This document shows positions 27,701 to 34,843 of a DNA stretch of 57,822 bases, piece after piece. The stretch covers positions 1-57,822 of the forward strand of contig JACSRV010000109.1 of assembly GCA_014879545.1 (NCBI GenBank). The letters are read 5' to 3'. How positions within the stretch are numbered: position 1 is the stretch's first letter; each line of letters opens with the position of its first letter. Position numbers and translations under genes: made by a program. The notes under the pieces were generated by a model. It did not search any database, was not told the origin of the DNA, and saw nothing but the letters and a program-made list of their open reading frames with translations. The stretch is from Chitinophagaceae bacterium. Its GTDB lineage: Bacteria > Bacteroidota > Bacteroidia > Chitinophagales > Chitinophagaceae.

Positions 27701-29406
27701 AACCAAAAGACGACAAAAAACCTAAAAAAGAAAAAGAGAAAGAAAAGAACAAAGACAAAAAAGAAGAAGCAGATACTACCAAAGAGCCTGAAACAAAGCT
27801 GGACAAGGTAAAAGCTGCATTCCCGAGGCTGAATACCGCAAACCTGACCGACGACCAGCTGGATTCGCTGGTGCAGGTGCAGAAGGAGGCAGACCGTGCT
27901 AAAGCCGCTGAAGAAAAGAAGAAAAAGAAACTGGCTAAGAAAGCTGAGAAAAAAGCTAAGAAAGCAAGACCGCTTGCATTGTCTCCAATAGAGCATGTAA
28001 TAGGGCATGCACTTACGATAGTGAACCGCGTAACGGTGAACTTCACAGAAACGCAAGGAACTATACTGCCCGGCTATATGGACAGTACACGCATCATGGG
28101 CGTAAACAACTATTCTGGGGCACCGGGATTTGATTTCGTGTATGGCTACCAGCCGGATTATGCGTGGCTGGAAGCGCAAGCCATGGCCAACCGTCTTTCG
28201 CGCGACACCTACTTCAACGCGCAGTTCCAGCAGAACTATTCGCGGAACATTAACGCGCAGGCTACCCTACTGCCGCATAAGTCTTTCAGGGTTGACTTGA
28301 CGCTTACGCAAGCGTTCAGCAAGGCGCACAGTGAACTATTCATAGATACCACCTACAGCCCGAACGGAAAGTTTGAACACCTGACCCCATATCAGACGGG
28401 TTCGTTCAATATTTCATATTTCTCAGGGAAGAGCATGTTCCGCAACTCCAGCGTAAGCTCTGATGTGTATAACCAATTCCTTGATAACAGGGTGATCATA
28501 TCGCGGAGACTTGGCTCGAACAACCCCTATACGGCCAATATACCGGATCCGTACAACCCTGCATACACCAAGGGTTATGGTCCGTTCTCGCAAGACGTTT
28601 TGGTACCGTCGTTCATCGCGGCTTATTCGGGCAAACCGGCACAAACATCGCCGCTGATAGATTATACCCACGAGAAGGTGCGCGATAATCCGTTCAGGTA
28701 TTTTACACCTACCCCTAACTGGAGGGTTACCTATAACGGACTGAGCAAACTACCTGTGTTCTCAAAGATCATGACGAACTTTGTGGTGAACCATGCCTAC
28801 ACAGGCACTATGGCCATGAACAGTTTCCAATCATCGTTGTTGTTCCGCGACCTGTTCGGATTGGGATATCCATCCTTCATTGACTCTAACTCTAAAAACT
28901 ATATTCCTTACTACCAAGTACCTAACATTACCATCACGCAGGCTTTCAATCCGCTTATTGGCTTTGACGCGGCATTCAAGAACAACCTCACTGCCAAGTT
29001 TGAAGTACGCAAATCTAAGACGCACAGCCTGAGCCTGATCGATTATCAGGTAGGCGAGAACTCGAGCATGGAATATGTGATAGGTGGCGGCTTCCGTAAA
29101 AAAGGTATCCGCCTGCCATTCCCGTTGTTCGGTGCCACAAAACTGAAAAACGAACTTATCTTCAAGATGGATATTGGCATACGGGACGACAAGACCAGCA
29201 ATACCTTCCTTGCCAACAATGTAAGCGTGACATCGCGCGGTCAGAAAGTAATAAGGGTATCGCCAACAATCAACTATGCCGTTACGGACATGCTGAACCT
29301 GTTGTTCTTCTTCGACAGGCAGCAGACCATTCCATACGTATCTAATGCGTTCCCGTCATCTACCACCCGGGCCGGCGTAACACTCCGATTTATTTTCGCG
29401 CCGTAA
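21784..29406 (+). CDS. sprA: T9SS outer-membrane translocon SprA (Sov)
   Basis: 2540 aa after ruvA; FDFDMQMNI, GKEDEMLKKIEAGNV, YIDDFEG, RARLAWY, QDVGYDG, EDINRDNTLN, DFRSIRFMRMF; C-terminal strand AGVTLRFIF. Confidence 0.96.
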   Translation: MKGQSNFGYRFLLFIALVVAIANAAARGFHPLFPKLLPAEDTTGTDTTKADTSRNLKFPIHDKTGNPVTDQSLPKSIDLEDPKNVRKTFEYDPDSNRYYYTSKVGNEYLRNPTYLTLDEYMKYRAKEDENAYFQRRLDGLMLFNKTPELPTMYKEGLFDRIFGSSTIQVKPQGNVDITFGNIWQNMKNPTLPIRAQKYSTFDFDMQMNINLLATVGDKLKLNISNNTKATFDYQNIQKLDYNGKEDEMLKKIEAGNVSFPLKSSLINGVQSLFGIKTQLQFGKLWVTGVVSQQKSQRKSLTIQGGSQSQQIAIKANNYEENRNFLLAQYFRNNYNRSLKDYPVIASAVTINKVEVWVTNRTGAVAGVRDILCLMDLGEANPYNPILGNGTNPDALPDNGANRLYSQLQLNPQGRQQKSATNAAVALGLSQGTDFERTTARQLSPSEFTFNPRLGYIMLNTQMNPDDVLGVAYRYTYRGKVYQVGEFASDLPPDTTNPKVLFLKLLKGTAPRTRLPVWDLMMKNVYALGGFGVSKDNFTLNILYQDPGGGEKRYMPEGPLAGTPFISLLNLDHLNAQNEPQPDGIFDFVEGITINTQQGKIIFPVLEPFGSDLKKTVVNEPILERRYLYQVLYDSTKWVAQQYQQNDRYIMRGTYKSSSSSDIFLGGFNIPQGSVSVSAGGTRLVENQDYSIEYGLGRIKILNTGILNSGVPINIQYEDNATFGFQQQNFMAMRLDYYQSKNLTIGSTIMRLKERPFTQKVTFGDDPIQNTVIGLDANYQKEAPSLTRLVDKLPVYSTTSPSFLNTNVEVAGLLPGHPKQINALDPEGAVYIDDFEGTSSAYDLKFPAQAWSLASTPFGAVSSSGQTLFPEASLSNNHAYGMNRARLAWYMLDPTLVYPNSTSPAYVKNDSNQHYIRSVQVQQVFPNRSATLVNQTLNTFDLGFYPKDRGPYNFDVTNINPNDGRLLNPEKRWGGITRAIDNTDFEASNVQYVQFWVMDPFLNSANPNGGSLYINLGNVSEDVMKDSRLFFENGIPSPFDKTKMDTTAWGYVPRFQQQITRAFDNDNAARKIQDVGYDGLPDMGQPGQESEQTIFRRFLTGLAQKLNGGINNPAYVQAENDPGFDNYKFFRDSSFSTAPDPDNISVLTRYKHYNNPDGNTPISPATSTIATSGTTTPESEDINRDNTLNESEAYFQYRIDFKPNMTVGTNYIISVQDNPGGVKLPNGTTEPERWYQFKIPIQNYERRVGGISDFRSIRFMRMFLTGWQDSVYLRFASLELGRNQWRQYNYSLNQPGENVPQQNQGLTDFSVISVSLEENASREPVPYVLPPGVNRQQTANPQGGAQTLLLNEQSLSLRACALQDGDARGVFKEVNVDMRQFSYLRMFLHAESMVGQTPVRDADVNAFIRIGSDFTNNYYEYRTPLTITPLGTGRNAVTTIWPEANNVNIKLQELVDAKKERDARGWPTHIPFETKDSKGNPIIIIGNPNIGGSKNIMLGLVNPKKTSTTPGDDGLPKCVEVWFDEMRISGTNDQAGYAAAGKVSVQLADLGNVTLSGSMHTPGYGNIDQKIQQRFQDMYYQYNGGTNLALGKLLPREWGVQLPVYLGYTQNVSTPKYNPFDQDVLLQHELNNARTQRARDSIRSAAQDFTSIGSFNITNARIQGNAANPNNNKRMPWSVKNFDFTYSYNNQFKHNPVLEMDKLNTQRYGVGYTYAIKTKPVEPFKNAIKSKSKWLSLAKDFNFNPLPSTLNVRNDLNRISQEIQIRNIDDGSGYKIPATFFKNFTWNRTYSLRWEIMKSISIDYSATNISRVNEPYGRINTPEKRDSLFRNISTMGRNNSFNQTFNSTYNVPLSKLPLTDWMSTRLGYSATYNWTTAPPIAYAQGNTIGNTQTKTVTSEFNMTQLYNKSRWLKALNNKPRKPGEARKGDAPKPGEKSKEPTDLRKSAPAGMGKSGMDRGGKVIDDQIEPPPGDEPKDDKKPKKEKEKEKNKDKKEEADTTKEPETKLDKVKAAFPRLNTANLTDDQLDSLVQVQKEADRAKAAEEKKKKKLAKKAEKKAKKARPLALSPIEHVIGHALTIVNRVTVNFTETQGTILPGYMDSTRIMGVNNYSGAPGFDFVYGYQPDYAWLEAQAMANRLSRDTYFNAQFQQNYSRNINAQATLLPHKSFRVDLTLTQAFSKAHSELFIDTTYSPNGKFEHLTPYQTGSFNISYFSGKSMFRNSSVSSDVYNQFLDNRVIISRRLGSNNPYTANIPDPYNPAYTKGYGPFSQDVLVPSFIAAYSGKPAQTSPLIDYTHEKVRDNPFRYFTPTPNWRVTYNGLSKLPVFSKIMTNFVVNHAYTGTMAMNSFQSSLLFRDLFGLGYPSFIDSNSKNYIPYYQVPNITITQAFNPLIGFDAAFKNNLTAKFEVRKSKTHSLSLIDYQVGENSSMEYVIGGGFRKKGIRLPFPLFGATKLKNELIFKMDIGIRDDKTSNTFLANNVSVTSRGQKVIRVSPTINYAVTDMLNLLFFFDRQQTIPYVSNAFPSSTTRAGVTLRFIFAP

Positions 29407-29454
29407 TTAGCTACATTTGAATATGCAGTAACATACTGCAATGAAAATCTGATA

Positions 29455-31044
29455 GTGAGCACCGCAATAAAATCGTCTTATGTATTGATGATCTCAGGCG
29501 CATTATTGTGTCTGATACAGATATGGCTTCCCGGCCACTATCTCACCTGCGATGGCCCCTGTCATCTGTACAATGCATCGATAGTGCATGACCTGTGGAA
29601 CGGCAATAACACCGGCTTCTACAATACATTCTATCAACACAACTACACAATCGACCCTAATAGCCTGACCACTTATGCAATGGCACTACTGCTATTTGTG
29701 GTCAGGGGGGCTATTGCAGAAAAACTCTTCCTCAGCGCCTATGCCCTAATATACCTATCGGGTATTATAGTGCTTATGAGACGGGTAGCGGGAAACACCA
29801 TCTCGTTGTGGTTAGCAGGCGGGTTCATTTTCATATTTACCTATGCACTGTCAAAAGGATTCTACAACTTCTCATTTGGCGTTGCCTTTTGGGTTTGGAT
29901 GGTATGGGCATGGATAAGGTATCTTGACAGGCCACGCTTATCCGCGCTACTCATCTACCTTCTTTTTTCATCGCTCACATTCTTCACACACCTGCTGCCA
30001 TTTGTATTCGGCCTGATCACAACCGGCCCGTTACTGGTTTCGTATGGGCTGGCCACCAAATCGGTTAAAAGAAGAGCACTGTTGAATCTGTCTGCCTGGG
30101 CTGTGGCCGCGGCACCGTTCTTAGTGTTTACGCTTCTTTTCACTCAGAAGGAAGGTGGACTTCAATTGACGCTTGCACCACATCCTTACAGGCTTCTGGA
30201 ACTGATTGAATTCAAGTACATAATTAATGTAGTGGACACAGAACGACCATGGGCAATACTAGCCGGAGTGGTAATAGTAGGAATGATGTTGTTGACAATT
30301 GTGCGGAGTATCAGCAATTTCAAGTGGCACAAGTTTGATGGGTTTGTAGGCGCATTGCTGATCGTCGCGTTCGTTTATACATTCTTTCCTGAGGACTTTC
30401 TGGGGCGAGCCATTATCATCAGCATAAGGGCACAACTATTCGTAATGCTGCTTGCTACATTGGTAATAGGCTACAGAATGAAGGAAGGATCTGTGAAAAA
30501 CGTGGGGGGCATCTTGCTTTTTGCCTCATTCGTTGTTCTGTCTGCCATAAGAATGAACTGCAGGCAGGAGGCAGATATGGCGCTGAAGGGCATACTAGAC
30601 GCAGGTAAAATGATCCCGGATAAGGCAATTGTATTGACATTTGACGGAGCCCCCGGGGGAGTAAGACCCGACGGCACCCCCATTGCGGACCGGAACGCCA
30701 TTTTTCATCATGTCACCCACTATATAGCCTGCGACAGACCGTTGATCCTACTGGATAATTATGAAGCAAACACCGGCTATTTCCCGATCAGTTGGCGTAA
30801 TGAGACAAACCCCTACATACATTTATCACTGAACGGAGGGTTTGAGAATGATCCGCCAACTGCCGATATACCCAACTACGAAAGAATGTCGAGGCAAAAG
30901 GTCGGATACGTTATAGCGAGGAATATCCGGCGGACTGCGCACGGACCATCGTCCGACATACACAGGCAAATTGACTCGAATTATAAGGTTATATTCTCTG
31001 ACCCGGGGTATAAAACCCAACTATTGATGCGAAAACATCGTTAA
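29455..31044 (+). CDS. Polytopic membrane protein, GT-C-like glycosyltransferase candidate
   Basis: About 11-12 hydrophobic segments, first loop DGPCHLYNA, GFYNF and FFTH motifs, soluble C-terminal domain with DNYEA. Confidence 0.6.
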   Translation: MSTAIKSSYVLMISGALLCLIQIWLPGHYLTCDGPCHLYNASIVHDLWNGNNTGFYNTFYQHNYTIDPNSLTTYAMALLLFVVRGAIAEKLFLSAYALIYLSGIIVLMRRVAGNTISLWLAGGFIFIFTYALSKGFYNFSFGVAFWVWMVWAWIRYLDRPRLSALLIYLLFSSLTFFTHLLPFVFGLITTGPLLVSYGLATKSVKRRALLNLSAWAVAAAPFLVFTLLFTQKEGGLQLTLAPHPYRLLELIEFKYIINVVDTERPWAILAGVVIVGMMLLTIVRSISNFKWHKFDGFVGALLIVAFVYTFFPEDFLGRAIIISIRAQLFVMLLATLVIGYRMKEGSVKNVGGILLFASFVVLSAIRMNCRQEADMALKGILDAGKMIPDKAIVLTFDGAPGGVRPDGTPIADRNAIFHHVTHYIACDRPLILLDNYEANTGYFPISWRNETNPYIHLSLNGGFENDPPTADIPNYERMSRQKVGYVIARNIRRTAHGPSSDIHRQIDSNYKVIFSDPGYKTQLLMRKHR

Positions 31045-31108
31045 TTCGGATAATATAATATAGAGACTCAAATAGCAGTTGGTCATTTTGGAGTAACTTT
31101 GGCGCACA

Positions 31109-31495
31109 ATGGAAGAAAATAAAAGACAGAAGCAGGTGGGCAAAATGATCATGGAAGAGCTGAGCGACATTTTTATGCGCGAAGGCCTGAACATGATAGA
31201 CGGTGGTATGGTGTCAATATCAAAAGTATCAGTGACACCCGATCTGCTGGAGGCAAGGGTGTATCTCAGCTTCTTTCAGGTGAGCGACAATGCGGCGTTG
31301 CTACAGAAAATAAAAGAACGCAGCGGGGAATTGCGTAAGCTGCTTGGTATGCGCGTAAAAAACCAACTGCGCCGCGTGCCTGAGTTGATCTATTACACAG
31401 ATGACACACTTGATCACGTGTTCAAGATGGAAGAATTGTTTAAGAAGATCAACGAAGAGCGGGAAGCGTTCAACAAGAAGAACAACATTTCTTAA
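31109..31495 (+). CDS. rbfA: 30S ribosome-binding factor A
   Basis: KRQKQVG, VSVTPDLLEARVYLS, QLRRVPELIYYTDDTLD. Confidence 0.96.
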   Translation: MEENKRQKQVGKMIMEELSDIFMREGLNMIDGGMVSISKVSVTPDLLEARVYLSFFQVSDNAALLQKIKERSGELRKLLGMRVKNQLRRVPELIYYTDDTLDHVFKMEELFKKINEEREAFNKKNNIS

Positions 31496-32731
31496 ATGAA
31501 TCGCACGCTGATATGGCAGATCGCACTTAGGTACTTCGCAGGCAAAAGGAAAGCCAATGTAGTACCTATACTGTCACGTATCAGCATGGTGGCCATTGCG
31601 GTGAGCAGTGCGGCCATGATCATTGTTTTCTCTGTTTTTAACGGTCTGGAAAGCGTTGTTAAGGACCTGTATAAGGGCTTTTACCCCGACATAAAAATAT
31701 CGGCAGCAAAAGGCAAGTTCTTTGCACCCGATGCCGCGTTGATACAAAAAGTAAAAAGCATATCGGGCATAGCCGGCATGACCACGGTAATAGAAGACAA
31801 TGCCATTGCACATAATTCATTTTCGGGTGCGCAGAAAGTGATAACCCTGAAGGGCATTGACAGAAACTACCTAAACGTCAACAACATCAGGGATTCTATA
31901 GTTGGAGAGGATACCGTATCGACCGGGAAACCGTTTACGGCGATCGCCGGAAGAAATATACTTGCTGAACTTGGGGTGGATATAGACAATGTGTTCAACA
32001 CCATTTTTCTATACTACCCTAACCCAGACGGCAACATCTCGACAACTGACATAGCCGGTGCCTATCGCAGCCTTGAGCTGCATCCGGCCGGTGCATTTCA
32101 CATTTCGGACGACCAGGACGATAAATATATCCTTGCTCCGCTATCGCTGGTGCAGACTCTGTTGCACGCCGAAGGGAAGTGTTCGTCAATGGAACTACTG
32201 ATAACACCGGGCAAGGCGGAAGAAGTTCAGCAAAAACTAAAAGCGGCTCTGGGTGAAAGCTATAAAGTGGAAACCAGGTATGAGCAGAACAAATCAATGT
32301 ACATGGTACTGCGGTCAGAGAAATGGGCAATTTATGCTATCCTCACTATGGTACTGCTTATCGCGTCCTTCAACATGATAGGGGCTCTTTCCATGCTGGT
32401 GATGGAGAAACAGAAAGACATCGGCATCATGAAAGCAATGGGCGCGCAGCCGGCTGATATAAGAATGATATTTGTGCTGGAAGGTGTTATGTGGGCACTG
32501 GCCGGAGGACTGAGCGGCATAACATTGGGCGCCCTTATAGTGGGGCTGCAACAGCGTTTTGGCATAGTTACTGTGGGCGGCTCGTTCCTTATGGACAGCT
32601 ATCCGGTGGACATGCAGATAACCGATACCATTCTGGTGGTACTCACCGTTACTGTTGTTGGCGTTCTGGCTGCGTGGTACCCTGCAGGGCGCGCTACACG
32701 CACGCCTGCGCCCACCCTTAAATCGGCTTAA
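31496..32731 (+). CDS. ABC permease, LolC/E / FtsX-like (lipoprotein-releasing system)
   Basis: IALRYF, SVFNG, large periplasmic domain, EKW, IASFNMIGALSMLVMEKQKDIGIMKAMGA, YPA; ATG abuts the rbfA stop. Confidence 0.9.
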   Translation: MNRTLIWQIALRYFAGKRKANVVPILSRISMVAIAVSSAAMIIVFSVFNGLESVVKDLYKGFYPDIKISAAKGKFFAPDAALIQKVKSISGIAGMTTVIEDNAIAHNSFSGAQKVITLKGIDRNYLNVNNIRDSIVGEDTVSTGKPFTAIAGRNILAELGVDIDNVFNTIFLYYPNPDGNISTTDIAGAYRSLELHPAGAFHISDDQDDKYILAPLSLVQTLLHAEGKCSSMELLITPGKAEEVQQKLKAALGESYKVETRYEQNKSMYMVLRSEKWAIYAILTMVLLIASFNMIGALSMLVMEKQKDIGIMKAMGAQPADIRMIFVLEGVMWALAGGLSGITLGALIVGLQQRFGIVTVGGSFLMDSYPVDMQITDTILVVLTVTVVGVLAAWYPAGRATRTPAPTLKSA

Positions 32732-32741
32732 TTACCAATTA

Positions 32742-33728
32742 CTACAACGCGGCCATTTCCTGATAGACACTGAGGTACTGATCGGAAATGATACTGTGTT
32801 CAAAGCGGGCGGCATTCTTTACGCCTTTCGCCACAACGGTATCATAGTAGGCGCGATCGGAAACGAGTGCAGATATGGCGTCTCTAATTTCGCCTGAATG
32901 AAGTGGATCGACCAGCATGGCTGAGCCCTCCCCTACTTCCTTCATTGCCCCTATATTGCCGGTGACCACCGGGCGGCCTACGGTCTGCCCCTCTATGATA
33001 GGCATTCCGAAACCTTCATACAGCGACGCCATAAACAAAACATCGCAGGCAATGTATCGCTCGAATATCTGTTGTTCAGACAGGCCATTGTAAACGGTGT
33101 GCGATATGTTGTATTGCTTCAATCGGGCCAGCTCGTCGGGCGCGGGCCACCCTACTATGTCCAGATGAAAATTGGTACCCGAAGCCGCTTCGATCAATCT
33201 GTCGAGGTTCTTGTGCTTGCCGGTTCCCAACATAAGCACCACAGGCCTTTCGTTGATGGCTTCTTTGGGCACATAGCCGAAGACTGGCTTTACGGGATTG
33301 GGGATTACCCGTATCCGGCTCTCCGGGTAATTGAAATACCTGATCAACTTCTGCTTGGTGAACTCGGATACGACTGTAACCATTTGCACCGACGCCAACG
33401 GCAGCTGAAACCAGAAAAGACTATAAATAGCCTTCTTCAGCTTTGCGTGGACAGGATTCTCGTAATAGCCGAGATCGTGAATGGTGAGAATGGTCTTACG
33501 ATCGCGAAGTCCCAGAGCGAGAAAGTTCACATCGCCTGTGATATGATTTATGTCGGACGCGTGTTTGCGGGCATCCAGGACATTCCGGAAACGAGAAACT
33601 GAACCACTGCAAAAAAAATCGTTGATCGCAACCCTACCCTCAAGGTCCTTCTTTACAGTACTGAAGATCCCTTCCATGGACACCCCGGTTGAGCGAGGCT
33701 CCCGGTAAAAGTGCGTGACGGTGAGCAT
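32742..33728 (-). CDS. Glycosyltransferase family 4
   Basis: TIHDL, VSEFTK, HKNLDRL, SLYEGFGMPIIEG (EX7E motif). Confidence 0.92.
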   Translation of the reverse strand: MLTVTHFYREPRSTGVSMEGIFSTVKKDLEGRVAINDFFCSGSVSRFRNVLDARKHASDINHITGDVNFLALGLRDRKTILTIHDLGYYENPVHAKLKKAIYSLFWFQLPLASVQMVTVVSEFTKQKLIRYFNYPESRIRVIPNPVKPVFGYVPKEAINERPVVLMLGTGKHKNLDRLIEAASGTNFHLDIVGWPAPDELARLKQYNISHTVYNGLSEQQIFERYIACDVLFMASLYEGFGMPIIEGQTVGRPVVTGNIGAMKEVGEGSAMLVDPLHSGEIRDAISALVSDRAYYDTVVAKGVKNAARFEHSIISDQYLSVYQEMAAL

Positions 33729-33894
33729 GGCGATAAAGATAGAAAATATTTACCCCTGGCACGCGTACAAGGTTTCAGGGCAAGCAACTGTCACAGGTAA
33801 AATTTGCACAAATATTTAGTTGTAAATATTGAAAAACAAAAACAATTGTCATATATTTACTATTATTTCACTTTAACCAAAACCAACAAACTAC

Positions 33895-34329
33895 ATGAAA
33901 CAAACAAATCACACCTTAAGAAATGCCCTTATGACTATTGCCTCAACCGGGATAATCATCGCCACTCTTGCCGGTTGCACTAAGAAAGAAGACGAGAACC
34001 ATGCTGCTAAATTTTCCGGAACCTGGAACGGTACAGCAAGTTGCGCAGGAGGGTCGGGAGGCACAGGAAGCCTTGTTTTTACGGCAACTGACAACAAAAC
34101 AGTTACCACAAACTACAGTGTGGGAACCGGTAGTTGCGTGCAAGCTAAAACGCTGACAGGCACTGCAAATGGAAATAATGTTACGTTCCCGACAGTGACC
34201 CTCACCGACGGATGTGGCCTTTCCTACAGCCTAAGCGGGTCGGGAACCATCAGCGGTAGCACACTCACATTCACATTCAGTGTGAATGGAGCAGCTACCG
34301 GAAGCTGTACATTTACCGGCACGAAATAA
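33895..34329 (+). CDS. Hypothetical lipoprotein, Thr/Gly/Ser-rich all-beta, 4 extra Cys
   Basis: Lipobox LAG-C28 followed by TKKEDEN; FSGTWNG lipocalin-like start; own hairpin downstream. Confidence 0.8.
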   Translation: MKQTNHTLRNALMTIASTGIIIATLAGCTKKEDENHAAKFSGTWNGTASCAGGSGGTGSLVFTATDNKTVTTNYSVGTGSCVQAKTLTGTANGNNVTFPTVTLTDGCGLSYSLSGSGTISGSTLTFTFSVNGAATGSCTFTGTK

Positions 34330-34353
34330 AGAAATGAGCCAAAATGATGAATG

Positions 34354-34384
34354 CATGAGCCACTTTTCAAAAAGGTGGCTCATG
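34354..34384 (+). terminator. Hairpin/terminator after the lipoprotein gene
   Basis: 10-bp stem CATGAGCCAC/GTGGCTCATG followed by TTCATTT. Confidence 0.6.
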
Positions 34385-34448
34385 TTCATTTACAAGCACG
34401 GTTTAAAGTATCTATTTTCAGTTATCACACAATTCTTATCTTCGCATT

Positions 34449-34748
34449 ATGAATAAAGGCATGTACAACTCGGGCACAAGCTGGCAGACTCAGGAGGTAG
34501 AGATAACCGATGTACTCACCGAGGAATTACACAACCTGATCGTTTGGAATGATGATGTAAACACGTTCGATTGGGTTATCACATCACTCGTTGACATCTG
34601 CGGCCACGACAGCCTGCAGGCAGAGCAATGTGCGCTTATCATTCACCACAAAGGAAAATGCAGCGTGAAAAAGGGCAGTTTCACTGAGCTGCGACCGAAG
34701 GCAGAGGCCTTGATAGACAGGGGCATTCAGGCTACAATTGACTATTGA
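34449..34748 (+). CDS. clpS: ATP-dependent Clp protease adaptor ClpS
   Basis: LIVWNDDVNTFDWVI, QAEQCALIIHHKGKC.VK.G. Confidence 0.92.
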   Translation: MNKGMYNSGTSWQTQEVEITDVLTEELHNLIVWNDDVNTFDWVITSLVDICGHDSLQAEQCALIIHHKGKCSVKKGSFTELRPKAEALIDRGIQATIDY

Positions 34749-34843
34749 TCAGTAACATTACCCCTCAAATTACCCCCATTTCCTGTTGTTATATGTCGTT
34801 AGTTAAAGTACATCTGTGTACTTTTACGTCAATACACTCGACT

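Noticed and set aside
27381-28179. Two long Phe/Ser/Leu-rich antisense ORFs in sprA
   Set aside because: Mirror image of the A-rich Lys/Glu tract on the coding strand.
29404-29457. The downstream membrane-protein ORF is in frame with sprA with only one TAA between them (possible read-through fusion)
   Set aside because: SprA ends in a normal barrel C-terminal strand, TAA is rarely read through, a promoter-like element lies in the gap, and the frame match is easily chance.
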